Shown: positions 62,503 through 64,000 of the stretch, one piece after another | How the letters are laid out: each line of letters begins with the position of its first letter | Numbering within the stretch: the stretch's first letter is position 1 | Source: Candidatus Babeliales bacterium | GTDB lineage: Bacteria > Babelota > Babeliae > Babelales > UASB340 | DNA length: 64,000 nucleotides | Assembly: GCA_041650475.1 (NCBI GenBank) | Contig: JBAZLD010000005.1 | Coordinates: forward strand, 623-64,622 | Direction of reading: 5' to 3' | The notes under the pieces: model-generated | Told to the model about the DNA's origin: nothing | Databases searched by the model: none | The model's input: the letters and a program-made list of their open reading frames with translations, nothing else | Position numbers and translations under genes: made by a program

Positions 62503-63540
62503 TTATAAAGCAAGATCTTTGTACATTTTGGGTAATTTAGATAAAACAATATCAAAATTTTCATCACAAACGCCGTTATAACCAAGCTCCCAAAGATATT
62601 TACAAAGTTTAGGATTTTTATCCAAAACTTTTTGCATGCCAATCAATGCTTTATAATACTCAAACCAAATTTCATCAGGTGACAGAATATTTTCATTATT
62701 TTTTAATTTTTTTAACTTAGCTTTAATAAAATGTCTAATTAAATTCTTTAAATAAAAAAATTTACTCTTTTTTTCTGATTCATACTCAATCATATTTTTT
62801 ATAGACAAAGCTTTACAATGCCCTTCCCCTATCATACGTGAAACCCAAAATTCTTTTGTAAGTCTAAATGACGGAATAATGTGCTGAACGCACATTTTAG
62901 GTGAATAAATAATTTTATAATCAGCTAATCTACATTTTAAACAAAATCCATAATCTCCAGGACCAATATATAATTTTTTAAAAGTCTTTTTTTCATTATT
63001 AGATTCAACGCCAATTGTATCAGGAGGAAAACCTCCAATTTTCCAAAAAACAGAAGCTCTAATTGCCATCATTGGCCCAGGAACTGCGTGAACTTCTTTT
63101 AAATTTTCACCAAGATCATATAAAGAAAAGCCATTAAAACTCTTTTGTAATTCTATTATCCAATTTGGCGGTTCTTGCTGATAATATGGTAATATCTTGC
63201 CACTAGCAATTGCACAACTTGGATATTTCTTAAAAATTCTTGTAACTTCTTTTAATGTACCATCTTGAACTATTACATCATCATCAAAATATAACAAAAT
63301 ATCACCAGAAGCATTTTTAGCACCTGTATCTCTTGCCTTTGTAAAAGAAGTGCTTTTTTCAAAAACATATTTTATGTTTTTGGCTCTAAAAGATTCAACT
63401 ATTTCTTTTGTATTATCTTTAGAATTATTATCAACAATAATTATTTCAAAATCAGTTTCTGCCTCAAGTTTTGATATATTAGCTAAAAGTTTTTTTAAAA
63501 AATTTGCTCTATTGTGTGTTGGAATTATTATAGAAATCAT
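62503..63540 (-). CDS. Family 2 glycosyltransferase
   Basis: 345 aa. It contains MISIIIPTHNRANFLKKLL, IIIVDNNSKDNT and FDDDV. Confidence 0.8.
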   Translation of the reverse strand: MISIIIPTHNRANFLKKLLANISKLEAETDFEIIIVDNNSKDNTKEIVESFRAKNIKYVFEKSTSFTKARDTGAKNASGDILLYFDDDVIVQDGTLKEVTRIFKKYPSCAIASGKILPYYQQEPPNWIIELQKSFNGFSLYDLGENLKEVHAVPGPMMAIRASVFWKIGGFPPDTIGVESNNEKKTFKKLYIGPGDYGFCLKCRLADYKIIYSPKMCVQHIIPSFRLTKEFWVSRMIGEGHCKALSIKNMIEYESEKKSKFFYLKNLIRHFIKAKLKKLKNNENILSPDEIWFEYYKALIGMQKVLDKNPKLCKYLWELGYNGVCDENFDIVLSKLPKMYKDLAL

Positions 63541-63553
63541 TACAACTCTTTTC

Positions 63554-64000
63554 TTACTTATTAAATACTATTAATTTTCTAGTATCTGGATGCGAATCCA
63601 GAACATCAAAAGATTTAAAAAATTTTAATCCAATTTTAATAACATTATCTAAATTATATTCAACAGTAGAATATTTGTTTAAATTTTTAAAAAAAGTTGG
63701 TTCATTTTTTATTAAATTATCTTCTAAATTTATAAATTCTAAAACTAATGTTTTTAAAGATAGTATAGATAAAATTTCAAAAATTTTATCTATGCCCATC
63801 CCCTCCCCCAAAGTCAAATGGTGAAATAGCGCCAAACATAAAACAAGATCTGATTGAAAACGATCTTGAGCTTTTAAAAATAGAACTTTATTTTCTATGC
63901 CATAAATTTGTTTAGATAAATCTTTAAAAGACAATAATAAAGACAAAATGTTTAAATTATTTTTTTTAGAATAAATATAAAGATCATCTACACAAGATTC
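63554..64000 (-). CDS. Methyltransferase-like protein, C-terminal part (5' end lies outside the window)
   Basis: The reading frame stays open past the track start (a TTG at 63946) to the window edge. DLVLCLALFHHLTLGEG resembles the post-motif-II region of class I methyltransferases. Confidence 0.5.
   Translation of the reverse strand, partial: ESCVDDLYIYSKKNNLNILSLLLSFKDLSKQIYGIENKVLFLKAQDRFQSDLVLCLALFHHLTLGEGMGIDKIFEILSILSLKTLVLEFINLEDNLIKNEPTFFKNLNKYSTVEYNLDNVIKIGLKFFKSFDVLDSHPDTRKLIVFNK

Overview
Very AT-rich, tightly packed bacterial chromosome segment with about 60 protein-coding genes. By eye I found no rRNA, tRNA or CRISPR array. KdsA, an MsbA-like exporter, MurJ, a LolD-like ATPase, an MCE protein and a beta-barrel OMP candidate indicate a diderm envelope. 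Main content: (1) a tandem array of at least three secreted, eukaryote-like LRR proteins (1-3584), with a perfect 138-bp in-gene tandem duplication. (2) Housekeeping genes valS, ybeY, murJ, lon, rpsA, ndk, kdsA, nusB, efp and glyA. (3) A partial type II secretion operon gspF-G-H-I-J-[hicB-hicA]-K on the minus strand (10083-15447), interrupted by a HicBA toxin-antitoxin pair and followed by a long MCE-domain protein. (4) An OMP gene next to a gene for a ~960-aa surface protein with atypical composition. (5) A ~10-kb island of signal-peptide proteins (31970-42359). It is led by two giant tandem paralogs (1178 and 1132 aa) built from three repeats that look FAMeT-like, plus a MIR-like beta-trefoil insert. 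Proline-rich and Lys/Glu-rich proteins follow. (6) A single Y1 (HUH) IS200/RAYT-type transposase gene flanked by inverted ~120-bp hairpin arrays whose stems keep pairing through compensatory changes. (7) Three tandem glycine-zipper/coiled-coil paralogs. (8) A ~16-kb surface-glycan cluster (48095 to the window end). It has gmd, a DegT-type aminotransferase, several methyltransferases, several glycosyltransferases and a PMT/TMTC-like GT-C enzyme. The mix of eukaryote-like domains, many secreted orphan proteins and a compact AT-rich genome suggests an obligate host-associated bacterium, for example Dependentiae/TM6-like; that is inference only. All domain calls come from motif recognition by eye, and no searches were run.
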